From Candidatus Babeliales bacterium (GTDB lineage Bacteria > Babelota > Babeliae > Babelales > JANWKD01): 64,000 nucleotides of DNA. The stretch is taken from contig CAVRJM010000001.1 in assembly GCA_963722075.1 (NCBI GenBank), forward strand, positions 928,001 through 992,000. Direction: 5' to 3'. Shown one piece after another: positions 1-10,918 of this stretch. Every line of letters starts with the position of its first letter. The stretch's first letter is position 1. The notes under the pieces are model-generated. The model was not told the origin of the DNA and searched no databases. It saw only the letters and a program-made list of their open reading frames with translations. A program made the translations under genes and the position numbers.

Positions 1-132
1 ACAGCAATTGCCATCTTCTTTAAAAGGGCTTGCAGATATTGCATCATATATTTTACAACAGATGAGAATTTAAAATTCTTGATTTCTACTTTCAATTACT
101 AATAGATTTTCCTTAATGTTTTTATAAGGAAA

Positions 133-1401
133 ATGTCTATGAAATATAATTATTCTCTTCTTGCTTTATTTGTATTTATTTTTTTTACGGCTCAATCACT
201 TTTTGCAGCAAATCCAACATTTTTTGTATTAGAAACACAATTAAACCGACTAGCTCAGGAATTAACTGCTTTACAAAACACCTTGATGCCTCAACAAAAA
301 TATACACAAACTGAAGCATTACTCAGTATTCCCGCAATTAAAAATCTGGTATATAAAAAATACCCTTATTTAAAAACAAAGCGCGGCAACAAATTTTTGA
401 AAAAAATTCTGCGCATTGAAAAAAAATACAAAGCAACTCATTATGTTTTTTATCATGCATTCACTAAAGCATGGATGGTTCCACAGGATCTTATGTATGA
501 ACTAACCAAAAAATTACGCCCGCTCACGTCCAAATTACCACTTTTTCGTTTCTTACGCTGGCAAGATTTTGAACGAATCACCGCTGCCGATTTTTTAATG
601 AAGGAAATTAGTTCTGAGGGGCTAATTAATGATAATGATCCTAAGCACCGCGCATCATTACTTTCAGTAAATTTAGCGCTTTTTGGCAACATAGATTTTG
701 AAGGAGAAAGTACTTTTCACTATTTCATGAATCCTACCAGCCATGCTACGGTAAGCCCAGAAATCATTAAAGGCATTCTTGCCATCTTTGATCTGCCATT
801 AACGCATCTTGATGAGATTCTTGAGCTTGATGAAAAATATTTATCTCCTGAAAAAAAGGCGGGCGGCAAACCAAAAGCTCAAATTTTATTACAGATCTTT
901 GTTCCTAAAAAATTAGTAGATGACGTAGGGTATCTTTCTTGGGTGCAAGGAATTCCGTATGAAAAAGAATTAGTTGCTATGGTGGATAATATGGCACGAA
1001 CATCGCTTGCACATCAACCTGGATTTCTAACCGGAACGCAACCTATTTTAAAACAGATAAAAGATCGCTTTAAAAACGATAAAGAAAAAGACCCATTATA
1101 TGCAAAAATTATGAAACATATAAAAAAAGGTAAATTTAGACTATCAACATTTTTACAAAAATATACCAATGAACCCGCTACTATTCCAGGTATTGCTAAT
1201 ATCCAAGCACGCTTATTATTTACTGACACACTGCTCTTGAACCCCAGCAGCAATATTCTTTTTTATACACATGACTATATTCCTAGGGCAGATAAAGAAA
1301 AATATAAAAAAGAACTTAATAGTATTGTACAATCCATTGTTTTAGAAAAATTAAGTAAAAATAAGCCTTCTCAACCAAAGAAGAATGCTCCAAGTAAGTA
1401 A
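133..1401 (+). CDS. Exported hypothetical protein with post-signal leucine-heptad segment; possible ADP-ribosyltransferase-like fold
   Basis: 422-aa ORF; signal peptide, then LETQLNRLAQELTALQNTL; YVFYHA and LLSVN motifs. Confidence 0.6.
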   Translation: MSMKYNYSLLALFVFIFFTAQSLFAANPTFFVLETQLNRLAQELTALQNTLMPQQKYTQTEALLSIPAIKNLVYKKYPYLKTKRGNKFLKKILRIEKKYKATHYVFYHAFTKAWMVPQDLMYELTKKLRPLTSKLPLFRFLRWQDFERITAADFLMKEISSEGLINDNDPKHRASLLSVNLALFGNIDFEGESTFHYFMNPTSHATVSPEIIKGILAIFDLPLTHLDEILELDEKYLSPEKKAGGKPKAQILLQIFVPKKLVDDVGYLSWVQGIPYEKELVAMVDNMARTSLAHQPGFLTGTQPILKQIKDRFKNDKEKDPLYAKIMKHIKKGKFRLSTFLQKYTNEPATIPGIANIQARLLFTDTLLLNPSSNILFYTHDYIPRADKEKYKKELNSIVQSIVLEKLSKNKPSQPKKNAPSK

Positions 1402-1476
1402 TTATGATGATTAAATAGTAAGTTTAGTTGGAGCTTTTTAAACATTATAAATTTATGCACAAAGCTTAAATGGTAT

Positions 1477-1618
1477 TGGATCACCACGTTCCGTCTACGT
1501 TAATCCAGCCGTCGCTCAAAAGCTATGGCGGAGTAAACAACTTCGCCGGACAGGCGCTTGCTACTATCAGAATCCGTCGTAGCCTTAACGAAGTCAAACG
1601 CCGCTCCTCGTGACGACA
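1477..1618. repeat. Nested palindromic intergenic repeat (REP/RPE-like composite)
   Basis: TGGATC...CTCGTGACGACA frame with internal GC-rich hairpins; homologous to 10919-11030. Confidence 0.8.
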
Positions 1619-1646
1619 TCCGTCGAAAAAACCTTTTCAGTAATTA

Positions 1647-1671
1647 AAGCGCAAGCAATGAACTTGCGCTT
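1647..1671. terminator. Hairpin, probable terminator between convergent genes
   Basis: AAGCGCAAG-caatgaa-CTTGCGCTT. Confidence 0.55.
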
Positions 1672-2251
1672 ATTTTTTTTCCATAACTTCATATTCAAAA
1701 TCAACAAACCCGTCATCTCTTCGCACTTCCTTAAATCCATGGCGTAAATATAATTTTATTGCTGCAGAATTGCTCGTACGGGTCGTTAAATCTATTTTAC
1801 TGCTACCACGTTTTATCAAATCTTGAACTGCATAATCTAATAATTTATCAGACCATCCTTTAGAGCGAAATTCAGGATTTACATAAATAAATCTAATATG
1901 CCCGTGATAAAACTTTTTTTGCATATAAATGACAAAACCGACCGGTTTATCATCTTCATAAGCAACTTTTATGGTAAAATTTCCTTTATGGCTGGGCCGT
2001 TTTGAGGATGCGCGGTTGGCAAGCATATACGCAACGTCATAATCGTTCCCCTCAATGAGCCAATACCAATCGCGTTGAAAGCTTTCTATAATAAAGGGCG
2101 TATCACGTATTTCAACAAAATCGATAATTCCTGATCGAGCGTGATAAAAATAGCGATATCCATAAAATCCGCCTACGGCAGCTCCAATAAGAATCGCGCC
2201 TATTATTATTTTTTTTATAATATTGTTTCTTTTTGACATAAAATAGCTCAA
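1670..2251 (-). CDS. GNAT family N-acetyltransferase with N-terminal membrane anchor
   Basis: YVNPEFRSKGWS and NSAAIKLYLRHGF motifs; hydrophobic N-terminus. Confidence 0.85.
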   Translation of the reverse strand: MSYFMSKRNNIIKKIIIGAILIGAAVGGFYGYRYFYHARSGIIDFVEIRDTPFIIESFQRDWYWLIEGNDYDVAYMLANRASSKRPSHKGNFTIKVAYEDDKPVGFVIYMQKKFYHGHIRFIYVNPEFRSKGWSDKLLDYAVQDLIKRGSSKIDLTTRTSNSAAIKLYLRHGFKEVRRDDGFVDFEYEVMEKK

Positions 2252-2348
2252 TTAATAATATTGATTTATTACAGTATTTAATCAAATTTTTTCTATTCTA
2301 CAATTATATACAAGTATATCAAAAAAATTATATTCGACGTAAGTTATT

Positions 2349-3110
2349 TTATTTTTTAAACCATGGGATAAGCATACTGGTATGTTTTTTATATTCTTGA
2401 TATTGTGCATTATGTTCAAATACACGCTCAAGCAGGGGAACCCCAGTAAAAAAGCGCAATAATATAGTAATAGTTACCGGTGCAATAATAGCAAGATATC
2501 CATACGGAACCGATAGCGCTATACAAAAAATGCCCCACCACATCGTAATTTCACCAAAATAATTGGGGTGGCGAGAATAGTACCATAAGCCTTCTTGCAT
2601 AATCTTCCCTTTGCTTTCTGACTTATGCAAAAAAAGATACAGTTGATAATCAGCAATTGATTCACAATAAAATCCGATCACCCATATTAAAAATCCTACT
2701 AAATCGAGCATATTCAACCAAGTAGCAACTGGACTGTTATTAACAGCAATAGAAGGTGTTGACATAATTAACAGCATTACCCCATTCATAATAAAAATCC
2801 ACCAAAAGCTAATCAATAATGCATACTTGCCCCATTGCTTTTGCCATTCAATAAAGCGCGGATCCGCTCCTTTTTTGTAGCGCATATATACATATACAAT
2901 TAAACGCGTAGCCCACAAAAAAATAAGCGTGGTAATAAGCAAAGATCGTGGCGTATGGAATCCATAATAATAGGTATAAAGCGTTACTAATAACACACCG
3001 CCGCCCCAGGTAAAATTACCAATACTATTATCTTTTTTAACTTGCACGGTAACGAACATGGTTGTTAAATAAACACTAATTAATATAATGCCGCCTATAA
3101 TTTCATTCAT
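2349..3110 (-). CDS. DUF1295 / steroid 5-alpha-reductase-like membrane protein
   Basis: GLWYYSRHPNYFGE, ESIADYQL motifs; start placed at MNEII (RBS AAGGA). Confidence 0.85.
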   Translation of the reverse strand: MNEIIGGIILISVYLTTMFVTVQVKKDNSIGNFTWGGGVLLVTLYTYYYGFHTPRSLLITTLIFLWATRLIVYVYMRYKKGADPRFIEWQKQWGKYALLISFWWIFIMNGVMLLIMSTPSIAVNNSPVATWLNMLDLVGFLIWVIGFYCESIADYQLYLFLHKSESKGKIMQEGLWYYSRHPNYFGEITMWWGIFCIALSVPYGYLAIIAPVTITILLRFFTGVPLLERVFEHNAQYQEYKKHTSMLIPWFKK

Positions 3111-3286
3111 AGTTATATCCTTTTTATTAATAGTAATAATCTTAGTTAGTATAATCATTCATATAGTTAAAAAAAAAGATACTTGCCAAATAATTATTGA
3201 CAGGAAATATTTAAAAAATGGTAATATGTAATAAGAAACGTATTAATGTAAATTAAATTTTATTTTTGATGATGCTCCGGCAAAGA

Positions 3287-3370
3287 TGTCATCCCGAGCG
3301 TAGCGTGGGGATCCATTAATAAAATGAAAATACCTCATTAATGGATTGCTTCGACGAGCTCGCAATGACA
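3287..3370. repeat. Paired TGTCAT-type palindromic repeats
   Basis: TGTCATCCCGAGCGTAGCGTGGGGATCCA ... TGGATTGCTTCGACGAGCTCGCAATGACA. Confidence 0.85.
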
Positions 3371-3467
3371 GCCTCAATTTTTTGCTGCTTATTCCTTGTC
3401 ATTCCGAATGCAATGTGGGGATTATGTTAATTCGGGAAAAATATTTAATTTATTAGAGGAAGATTAT

Positions 3468-4955
3468 ATGAAAAGATTTTTATTATTATTATTTTTTTTC
3501 TCATGTTATTTACAGGCGCAACTTAAAGATGAGTTAATGGCATTACAAAACAAACTTATCGAACTTAATTCAGCGCTCACCGCAGTAAAACCCGTTAAGC
3601 AAAAGACCCCTTTAGAACTAGTAACGGATATAGAACTTGGCTTACTTGCTGATTTTTCTAAATTAGTAAATGCTTCTAACCAATTTAAGTTAAAAAAAAG
3701 CTTCCCTACCATTAATAATTTAATTTCTGTAATTGCGCAAAATGATAAAGACAAGCAAAAACAAATAGCATTGGATGCTAATTCTACTTACCCTATTATG
3801 CATCGTGACGTGCTTACGCTCATCGATAATTTTTTAGATGATAAAAGAAAATTTGGTACCCCCATTGAAAAAAATCTGTATAAAAATATGGATCGTAATG
3901 CTTTAATTAATCGACTTCTTACCAAACGTCCACTTATGTTTATGACCGCGCAAGATCAATATCTTTTGCGCGATGGAATAACAGAAGGATACGGCGGCTT
4001 TGATGAAATTGGTAGACAAAATGAAAAATCACCCTTCATCCTTAAGGATTATATTTCTTATAGTGAAATGCAAATTGCTGCCTTATTAGGCGTGAGCGTT
4101 CCTACCTATTTTATTAATGATGGCGATCGCAGCAATAAAGGAATACCAGGAAAACCAGGAACTTATGAACCACATGGCATCTATGCAGGCCTGGTTGGCG
4201 CACGCTTTGAACGTCCGAATTTGATGGAATGGCAACAAATAATAATTACCCCTGAGCAAAATAGTGCTCAATATGGTTATGGATTAACAAATAAAACCCC
4301 ACTCGCACTAGGGCGATGGGAAAAACTATATGGTCTTAAATTTCCTACGTATCAAGAAGCAGTCAGTGATATATCAGGTCGATTTATTCCAATTAAGGAA
4401 GGCTTTTTTGATAAAGATGCTTATATAAAACGAATCGAATTAGTTATAGAACCATTTTTATTAGATGCCCAGAAGCGCGGCTCACAAGCCTATAAAAAAG
4501 TATATATCCGCGTTGTAGGATTAGGTTTAGGGGTATGGAAAATAATAGATGAGCAAGAACAATTTATGCTTGAAGCATATAGAAACATATTAAACCGACA
4601 TAATTTATCAGAAATTTCAGATATCGATTTCATATTTTTTAGCAAATATGCTTCTTTAGGAGGAATAACTGCTGAAACTGATAATGATATATATAAAAGC
4701 CCGTATAATTCGATAAGAATTCATTTTACCGAAAATAAGCCAGCAACGCCATTAAAAGGGCCTCATGCTGGCAAATTATTATATTGTAATTATGCATGGG
4801 ATGGCAATTCATATCCGGGCAATGAATATTGGGCTGGAATGTTAGCTGCTTCAGGAGATCCCGCAGCTGCTTGTTGTTCTACCATTCCTGAATTACAAAA
4901 TCCTGAAATCAACCATAATGTTTCAGCAATATATATGCGCACATACCCGCAATAA
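3468..4955 (+). CDS. Exported DUF4804/MavL-like macrodomain protein
   Basis: Start at MKRFLLL after GAGGAAG; KRPLMF, YISYSEM, GARFE, YAWDGNSYPGNEYW, SGDPAAACCS motifs. Confidence 0.7.
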   Translation: MKRFLLLLFFFSCYLQAQLKDELMALQNKLIELNSALTAVKPVKQKTPLELVTDIELGLLADFSKLVNASNQFKLKKSFPTINNLISVIAQNDKDKQKQIALDANSTYPIMHRDVLTLIDNFLDDKRKFGTPIEKNLYKNMDRNALINRLLTKRPLMFMTAQDQYLLRDGITEGYGGFDEIGRQNEKSPFILKDYISYSEMQIAALLGVSVPTYFINDGDRSNKGIPGKPGTYEPHGIYAGLVGARFERPNLMEWQQIIITPEQNSAQYGYGLTNKTPLALGRWEKLYGLKFPTYQEAVSDISGRFIPIKEGFFDKDAYIKRIELVIEPFLLDAQKRGSQAYKKVYIRVVGLGLGVWKIIDEQEQFMLEAYRNILNRHNLSEISDIDFIFFSKYASLGGITAETDNDIYKSPYNSIRIHFTENKPATPLKGPHAGKLLYCNYAWDGNSYPGNEYWAGMLAASGDPAAACCSTIPELQNPEINHNVSAIYMRTYPQ

Positions 4956-5047
4956 ACAGTAGAACTACCGTATATTTTCATTGATTTTCAGCCACTATAA
5001 TAGGTATACTATAATTATAGGAAAATCTTTCTAAATGGAGCGTTTTC

Positions 5048-6133
5048 ATGGGTGTATGTAATAACATTCAAAAAATATCTTTTTTATTCATATTTTTACT
5101 GCAATTTTCAACTATTTGGGCTATGCAAGAACCAACAACAAGCGTTAAGCCTCCTCCGACTCCCTTGCACTATCAACCGATTCCATTACGGTATCAACTA
5201 GCCTATTCCTTAGCAAAAGAGGTACTTAATAAGGAAAAACCAATTAGTTATCTTAGAAAGTTATCTCCTGATTTAATACAATTTACCTTCTTACTTATCA
5301 ATAGTAACTTAGACCTCGAGAAGGCATTCCAAAATGCAATCGAAAAACCAAAAATTTTTACTTATTATGATATAAAAAACTTACTTGATGCTGGTGCTAA
5401 TAAATATCTTAATACCAGTACATATCCATTAAAGAAAGCTATAGAATCAGACAATCATTGGTTATTTGATCTACTACTTAGTTATGGAGCACCAGTAAAT
5501 TTAAAAGACCAATATGGTAGAACTCCACTCATGCTTGCTGTTATTTGGGACCGGCCTGATTTTGTTAAAACGTTATTAGAAGCAGGTGCCGACCCTAACA
5601 TCTTAACCAATGCACATGTTTCACCACTTATAATTGCAGCAGAAAGGGGAGATCCTGAAATCGTCTCCTTATTATTAAAAAGTGATGCTGATGTTACTAT
5701 CATAGGTGGAGTAGGTCTACCAAAAAAAACAGCCTTATCAGAAGCAGTAAAATATAACAATGTTGCAATTGTTAATCTGTTGCTTCAATATAAGGCAGAT
5801 CCCAACCTGGAAATTCGTTCTACTTATAGTATTCCACTTATTCAGATTGCTGCTCAAAATGGATTTAACGATGTATTAGTCGCATTACTTAATGCTGGCG
5901 CTAATATTAATAGCTCAGAGCGAAATAATAATACAACAGCACTTATCCAAGCAGTACAAGCAAAAAAAATAGACACGGTACAATTATTACTTGAGTATGG
6001 TGCAGATAAAACACAACGTGATAAGGCCGGAAAAACTGCACTTGATTATGCATTTGCCAACCGTGATTCAGAGATTATTAAATTATTAGCACATAAAGAA
6101 TTAGCAGGTATGCCTGAATTAGTTGAAGGATAA
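5048..6133 (+). CDS. Exported ankyrin-repeat protein
   Basis: Signal peptide; GRTPLMLAV, GADPN, GKTALDYA repeats. Confidence 0.9.
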   Translation: MGVCNNIQKISFLFIFLLQFSTIWAMQEPTTSVKPPPTPLHYQPIPLRYQLAYSLAKEVLNKEKPISYLRKLSPDLIQFTFLLINSNLDLEKAFQNAIEKPKIFTYYDIKNLLDAGANKYLNTSTYPLKKAIESDNHWLFDLLLSYGAPVNLKDQYGRTPLMLAVIWDRPDFVKTLLEAGADPNILTNAHVSPLIIAAERGDPEIVSLLLKSDADVTIIGGVGLPKKTALSEAVKYNNVAIVNLLLQYKADPNLEIRSTYSIPLIQIAAQNGFNDVLVALLNAGANINSSERNNNTTALIQAVQAKKIDTVQLLLEYGADKTQRDKAGKTALDYAFANRDSEIIKLLAHKELAGMPELVEG

Positions 6134-6156
6134 TAAAATTATAAAGAGGTTAAGTA

Positions 6157-7254
6157 ATGGTATCAAATAACATGAGAAAAATATTTTTTCTATTACTACT
6201 TACCGCTTCTTTTTCTGTATCTGCAATGGAAAGTTCAGAAGCTAATAAAGAACCCGCAATAGCAACGCAGCGCAATCAATTAAAAAAAATAGCAATGCGC
6301 CGTAAAGCATATACTTTAGCTAAAGATATTTTAGACAATAAAAAATCTTATGATGATTTAAATACAGTGCCCCAAGAATTACATAATTATACAAAACTAT
6401 TAGTTGAAGCTCATTTAAATTTCGATAAAGCATTACAAAAAGCAATAAAGCATATTAATCGTTACTCTCGTGATGACATAAAAAATTTAATAGAAACGGG
6501 AGCTAATGAATATATTAAGACTAGTCCATATCCATTAATTTCTGCTATAGAATTAGGTATTTTAGGTAATTATTGGCTATTTGATCTTCTACTGGCCCAT
6601 GGAGCATCAGTAAATCTACAAGATAAAGATGGCAGAACTCCACTCTATCATGCTGTTTTATTACAACAACCATATTTTGTTAGAGCACTATTAAAGGCAG
6701 GAGCTGACCCTAATATCTTAAATAGACAAAATTTCTCACCATTAATAGTGGCATCAGGATTTGGAAATAGAAAAATAGCTTCCCTCTTATTAAAATATGG
6801 TGCCAAGGTAGCTATTAAGGGGGGAAATCAGAAACAAACAGCTTTATCGCAATCAGTACAAAATAATCGCGTTGCAGTCGTTAAATTATTGCTTGATTGC
6901 TGTGCAGATCCAAATGAAGAAATACCGTCTACTGATCCAACTTATACTATTCCGCTTATTCAAGTTGCTGCTCAATATGGATTTAACGATATAATAGTGG
7001 CATTACTTCAAGCAAATGCAAATATTAACCTATTAGGTCATGGAAATTATACTACAGCGCTCATACGAGCAGTACGAGCAAAAAAGATAGATACGGTAAA
7101 ATTATTACTTGAACGCCACGCCGATAAAACAATACGAAACAAAGTAGGAAAAACTGCGCTTGATTATGCAATTGACAACCGTGATCCAGAAATGATTAAT
7201 TTATTAGCATCAGCAGAATTAGCAAGTATGCCCGAATTAGTAGAAGCGCCTTAA
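6157..7254 (+). CDS. Exported ankyrin-repeat protein, tandem paralog of 5048-6133
   Basis: Same architecture with collinear similarity, e.g. IPLIQ(I/V)AAQ.GFND, GKTALDYA. Confidence 0.9.
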   Translation: MVSNNMRKIFFLLLLTASFSVSAMESSEANKEPAIATQRNQLKKIAMRRKAYTLAKDILDNKKSYDDLNTVPQELHNYTKLLVEAHLNFDKALQKAIKHINRYSRDDIKNLIETGANEYIKTSPYPLISAIELGILGNYWLFDLLLAHGASVNLQDKDGRTPLYHAVLLQQPYFVRALLKAGADPNILNRQNFSPLIVASGFGNRKIASLLLKYGAKVAIKGGNQKQTALSQSVQNNRVAVVKLLLDCCADPNEEIPSTDPTYTIPLIQVAAQYGFNDIIVALLQANANINLLGHGNYTTALIRAVRAKKIDTVKLLLERHADKTIRNKVGKTALDYAIDNRDPEMINLLASAELASMPELVEAP

Positions 7255-8000
7255 TTTTTATAAACAACATCGTATAATAACAATCCTTGTGCCGGAGCCG
7301 TATATAATTGCTGATGAGGATTCTTCTGCGCCAGAACATCACGCAAAAAAAATGGATCCATTTTTTTCTGTGTGATATAAAAACAAGCGCCAATAATACG
7401 CCGAATCATATAACGCAAAAAACTATTTCCGGTAACAACAACACGGTAGGCATTAAATTGCGGATTAAAATCAAGTTCAATATTCTTAATAGTTCGAACC
7501 GTGTTACTTTTATCATTTCCAGAGCAAAATGATCTAAAATCGTGAGTACCTACAAAAAGCTGTAACGCTTGTTTAAAAACAGCTTCATCAAAAAAATCCG
7601 TATAATAATAACCATAAGGTGCATGCCAAGGAACTGGTTGTTCTAAAAAGAAATGATACCAATAGGTTTTTTGCGATATTACAAAGCGCGGATGAAAAGA
7701 ATCGGGAACTTCCTCACATGAACGAATCACAATCGCACTTGGTAAGCTCCGTTGCAATGCCCATCGTAATTTTTGGGGTGATATAGCTATATCAGTACTT
7801 AAGCAGGCAACTTGGCCATAAGCATGTACACCAGCATCGGTACGTGAAGCTGCCGTTAATTTTATTGATTTATTAAAGACACGGGCAAATGTTTTTTCAA
7901 TAACATTTGCCACTGATTTTGTCTGTTGTTGCGCTTGCCACCCAGCATAATGAGTGCCATCATACGCAACTACTAATTTATATTTCTTATTTGCGGACAT
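7251..8000 (-). CDS. truA: tRNA pseudouridine(38-40) synthase
   Basis: YDGTHYAGWQ, SRTDAGVHA, FLRYMIRRI motifs. Confidence 0.95.
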   Translation of the reverse strand: MSANKKYKLVVAYDGTHYAGWQAQQQTKSVANVIEKTFARVFNKSIKLTAASRTDAGVHAYGQVACLSTDIAISPQKLRWALQRSLPSAIVIRSCEEVPDSFHPRFVISQKTYWYHFFLEQPVPWHAPYGYYYTDFFDEAVFKQALQLFVGTHDFRSFCSGNDKSNTVRTIKNIELDFNPQFNAYRVVVTGNSFLRYMIRRIIGACFYITQKKMDPFFLRDVLAQKNPHQQLYTAPAQGLLLYDVVYKN

Positions 8001-9783
8001 TTGCTTTAAGAATTTTTTTTCTTAAACGAACGGAGTTCGGCGTAACTTCAATAAGTTCATCAGGCATAATCCATTCCATGCATGCTTCCAGTTCCATAAC
8101 TTTTGGCGGTGTTAATTTAATCATATCATCAGAACCTGAAGCACGCATATTGGTTAACTTTTTTTGTTTACACGGATTTACATCCATATCGCCTTCACGG
8201 CTATTTTCACCAATAATCATTCCTTCATAAATATTTTCACCAGGCCCGATAAAAAGTGTTCCCCGTGATTGTAAATTATCAAGCGCAAAGCCAGTAGAAG
8301 ATCCATTTTCCATAGAAACTAAAGCACCTTTACTACGTGTTGGGATATCCCCCTTATATGGCTGGTATCCTAAGAAGGTAAAGTTGGCAAGCCCGGTACC
8401 ACGTGTATCGGTTAAAAATTGGCTTCTAAATCCAAGTAACCCACGTGAGGGGACTTCAAATTCAAGCCGCATTCTACCATTTTCATAATGATGAATATTT
8501 TTCATTTCAGCTTTTTTCTTACCAAGTTTTTCCATAATAACACCTTGGTGTTCTTCCTGAATATCTACAACCAAATATTCAATGGGTTCACATTTAACCC
8601 CATTAATGGTTTTATAAATAACTTCAGGAGCAGAAAGCTGTAGTTCAAATCCTTCACGGCGCATATTTTCTACTAAAATACCTAAGTGCAATTGCCCACG
8701 GCCAGACACTTTAAACTTTTCAGGAGATTCAGTTGGGTCAACACGCAATGCTACGTTTGTTTTTAATTCTTTTTCTAAACGATCTTTTATTTGACGTGAT
8801 GTTAATAATTTACCGTCACGCCCACTAAATGGCGAATCGTTAACTGAGAAATATATTGAAAGGGTTGGTTCATCAATTGCTACATATGGATACGGATCTG
8901 GTTTACCAACTTCGCAAATCGTAGTACCTATGGTAACTGGTTCAGTAAAACCGGTCATGGCAATAATATCACCAAATTCTACTTTTGGCGTTTCAATTTT
9001 TTGTAATCCTTGGAAGGTATATAATTTAGTTACTTTCATTGGCTTGCTGATCACGTCATCTTTACAACAAATAAATTGTTGCCCATTCTCAAGCGATCCG
9101 CTAAACACTCTTCCAATAGCAATAGAACCAAGAAAATCTGAATGATCTAAACTGGTCACTAAAATTTGTAAATGATCTTTTTTAGATTCAGGAGCAGGAA
9201 TTGTATCAATAATCGCCTTAAATAATGGCGTCATATCCCCTGACATTTGATTTGGGTTATCGTTAGCAAACCCTAATTTTGAAGAACCATATAAAATAGG
9301 AAATTCTAACTGATTCTCATTTTGCGCTAAATCAAGAAACAAATCATGAATGAGAGATTCTGTTTTAGCAATTTCAGCATCTTTTCGATCAATTTTATTA
9401 ATTAAAACGATGGGTTTTAAATTAAGCTCTAATGCTTTTTTGAGTACAAATCGAGTTCCTGGTAATACCCCTTCAGCAGCATCTACTAATAATAAGAAGC
9501 CTTCTACCATCTGTAAGGTACGCTCAACTTCTCCCCCAAAATCACTATGCCCTGGGGTATCCACAATATTAATCGTATAATCACCATAGGTAATACCAGT
9601 ATTCTTTGCCAAAATGGTAATACCGCGTTCTTTTTCTAAATCATTAGAATCCATAATGCGGTCAGTAGCATCATTTACCAAAGTCCCCGATTGGCGCAAT
9701 AACTTATCAACCAAGGTGGTTTTACCATGGTCAACATGGGCAATAATAGCAATATTACGAACGTGATTTCTTATTTTCATCAT
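7987..9783 (-). CDS. typA: Translational GTPase TypA/BipA
   Basis: [36 protein letters not shown]. Confidence 0.97.
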   Translation of the reverse strand: MMKIRNHVRNIAIIAHVDHGKTTLVDKLLRQSGTLVNDATDRIMDSNDLEKERGITILAKNTGITYGDYTINIVDTPGHSDFGGEVERTLQMVEGFLLLVDAAEGVLPGTRFVLKKALELNLKPIVLINKIDRKDAEIAKTESLIHDLFLDLAQNENQLEFPILYGSSKLGFANDNPNQMSGDMTPLFKAIIDTIPAPESKKDHLQILVTSLDHSDFLGSIAIGRVFSGSLENGQQFICCKDDVISKPMKVTKLYTFQGLQKIETPKVEFGDIIAMTGFTEPVTIGTTICEVGKPDPYPYVAIDEPTLSIYFSVNDSPFSGRDGKLLTSRQIKDRLEKELKTNVALRVDPTESPEKFKVSGRGQLHLGILVENMRREGFELQLSAPEVIYKTINGVKCEPIEYLVVDIQEEHQGVIMEKLGKKKAEMKNIHHYENGRMRLEFEVPSRGLLGFRSQFLTDTRGTGLANFTFLGYQPYKGDIPTRSKGALVSMENGSSTGFALDNLQSRGTLFIGPGENIYEGMIIGENSREGDMDVNPCKQKKLTNMRASGSDDMIKLTPPKVMELEACMEWIMPDELIEVTPNSVRLRKKILKANVRK

Positions 9784-9876
9784 TAAAATACCTATGTAAG
9801 GTTAATTATCTCTATTTATTTCTAATTGTAAAGATTTTTTAGGAAAAGTCTAGCTTTTATTTAAAAACAGTTTTAT

Positions 9877-9976
9877 GGGGGATTACTCAGGTATTTAGCG
9901 CAGTATTTGGCAGTTCTTACTGCAAGCCCAGGCCCTCAAAGCAGTTTTGGCCCAGATCTAACCCGGGCCTTTATTT
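9877..9976. other. GC-rich structured intergenic segment (terminator and/or cis-regulatory RNA)
   Basis: Hairpins GGCCCAG/CCGGGCC and GCAGTA/TACTGC in an AT-rich background. Confidence 0.4.
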
Positions 9977-10270
9977 TTAATATTGTGGTGCGCAATACGG
10001 TATTAATGCCATAACGCGTGCTTTTTTAATCATATGAGCAACAATACGTTGATGCCGATTGCAAGCCCCAGAAATGCGAGCTGGTAAAATTTTACCACGC
10101 TCCGTTAAAAAGTTTCTTAAAAGCGTAACATTTTTATAATCGATCAAGGCTACTTGGTCTTTATTTGCACAAAAACGACATTGTTTTGCTACCGACATAG
10201 CACTTTTACGGCGGCTTTTTTTCTTAAGTAAACGAGAGCTAACTTTTAATTTAGAAATTTTTTTTGACAT
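9977..10270 (-). CDS. rpsR: 30S ribosomal protein S18 (zinc-motif form)
   Basis: CRFC, IDYKN, ERGKILPARISG, ARVMALIPY. Confidence 0.96.
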   Translation of the reverse strand: MSKKISKLKVSSRLLKKKSRRKSAMSVAKQCRFCANKDQVALIDYKNVTLLRNFLTERGKILPARISGACNRHQRIVAHMIKKARVMALIPYCAPQY

Positions 10271-10278
10271 AGTAACCC

Positions 10279-10773
10279 CTATTGCTCGTCTTGAGTGGTT
10301 TCAGTTTCACTGTGCATATCTTCTTTTAATAATGGCTCTATAGCCCTTTTTGATTCAGATGACGAAGTCTTAATAAGACCTTCCATCTTATTCTCGCGCA
10401 AGAATGAATCTACATCGCGACTCGGGGTATCTTCTAATGATTCTGGTTTTTGATAGCTGAGGGATTGATTTGGTTCTAAACTGGTTATCATGCTACGCAT
10501 GACGATGTCAGCCTTTTTAAAAGAAAAAAGAAAGTTGAGATCGTGCAAAAGCTCAGCGCATTGCTCATCATCAACTTCAAAACGGATCAAAAAGTAGACG
10601 CCATATTCATTTTTTCTTATTGGGTAAGCAAGTCGATACTTTCCCCACCGCTCAAAAGAGATCACTGATCCTTTTGCTTTTTTAATCGACTGTTCAATAT
10701 TTCTTTCAAGAGAAGCAGTCTCATCCTTGGTAATTTCAGGTATCGCAAGGAGTAACGTTTCGTAACGTACCAT
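10279..10773 (-). CDS. rpsF: 30S ribosomal protein S6 with C-terminal extension
   Basis: MVRYET, WGKYRLAYPIRK; adjacent to rpsR. Confidence 0.93.
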   Translation of the reverse strand: MVRYETLLLAIPEITKDETASLERNIEQSIKKAKGSVISFERWGKYRLAYPIRKNEYGVYFLIRFEVDDEQCAELLHDLNFLFSFKKADIVMRSMITSLEPNQSLSYQKPESLEDTPSRDVDSFLRENKMEGLIKTSSSESKRAIEPLLKEDMHSETETTQDEQ

Positions 10774-10918
10774 TAATGTGCCCTTTATTAAAATAACTAA
10801 CTGGAAATGTTTACAAAAAACATTATAAAACAACTGTTTTATTTAGCTCATCTAGAGCATTACAACAAGTATAACAAAAAGATTACAAAAGACTAGGTTC
10901 TTTTGACTTTATTTTATA

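Noticed and set aside
3396..3467. Longer N-terminus for the DUF4804-like ORF
   Set aside because: It begins inside a repeat; the RBS and signal peptide indicate the start at 3468.
9877..9970. SRP (4.5S) RNA, suggested by CAGG...AGCAG
   Set aside because: The spacing is too short, there is no GNRA-capped stem, and no long rod structure.
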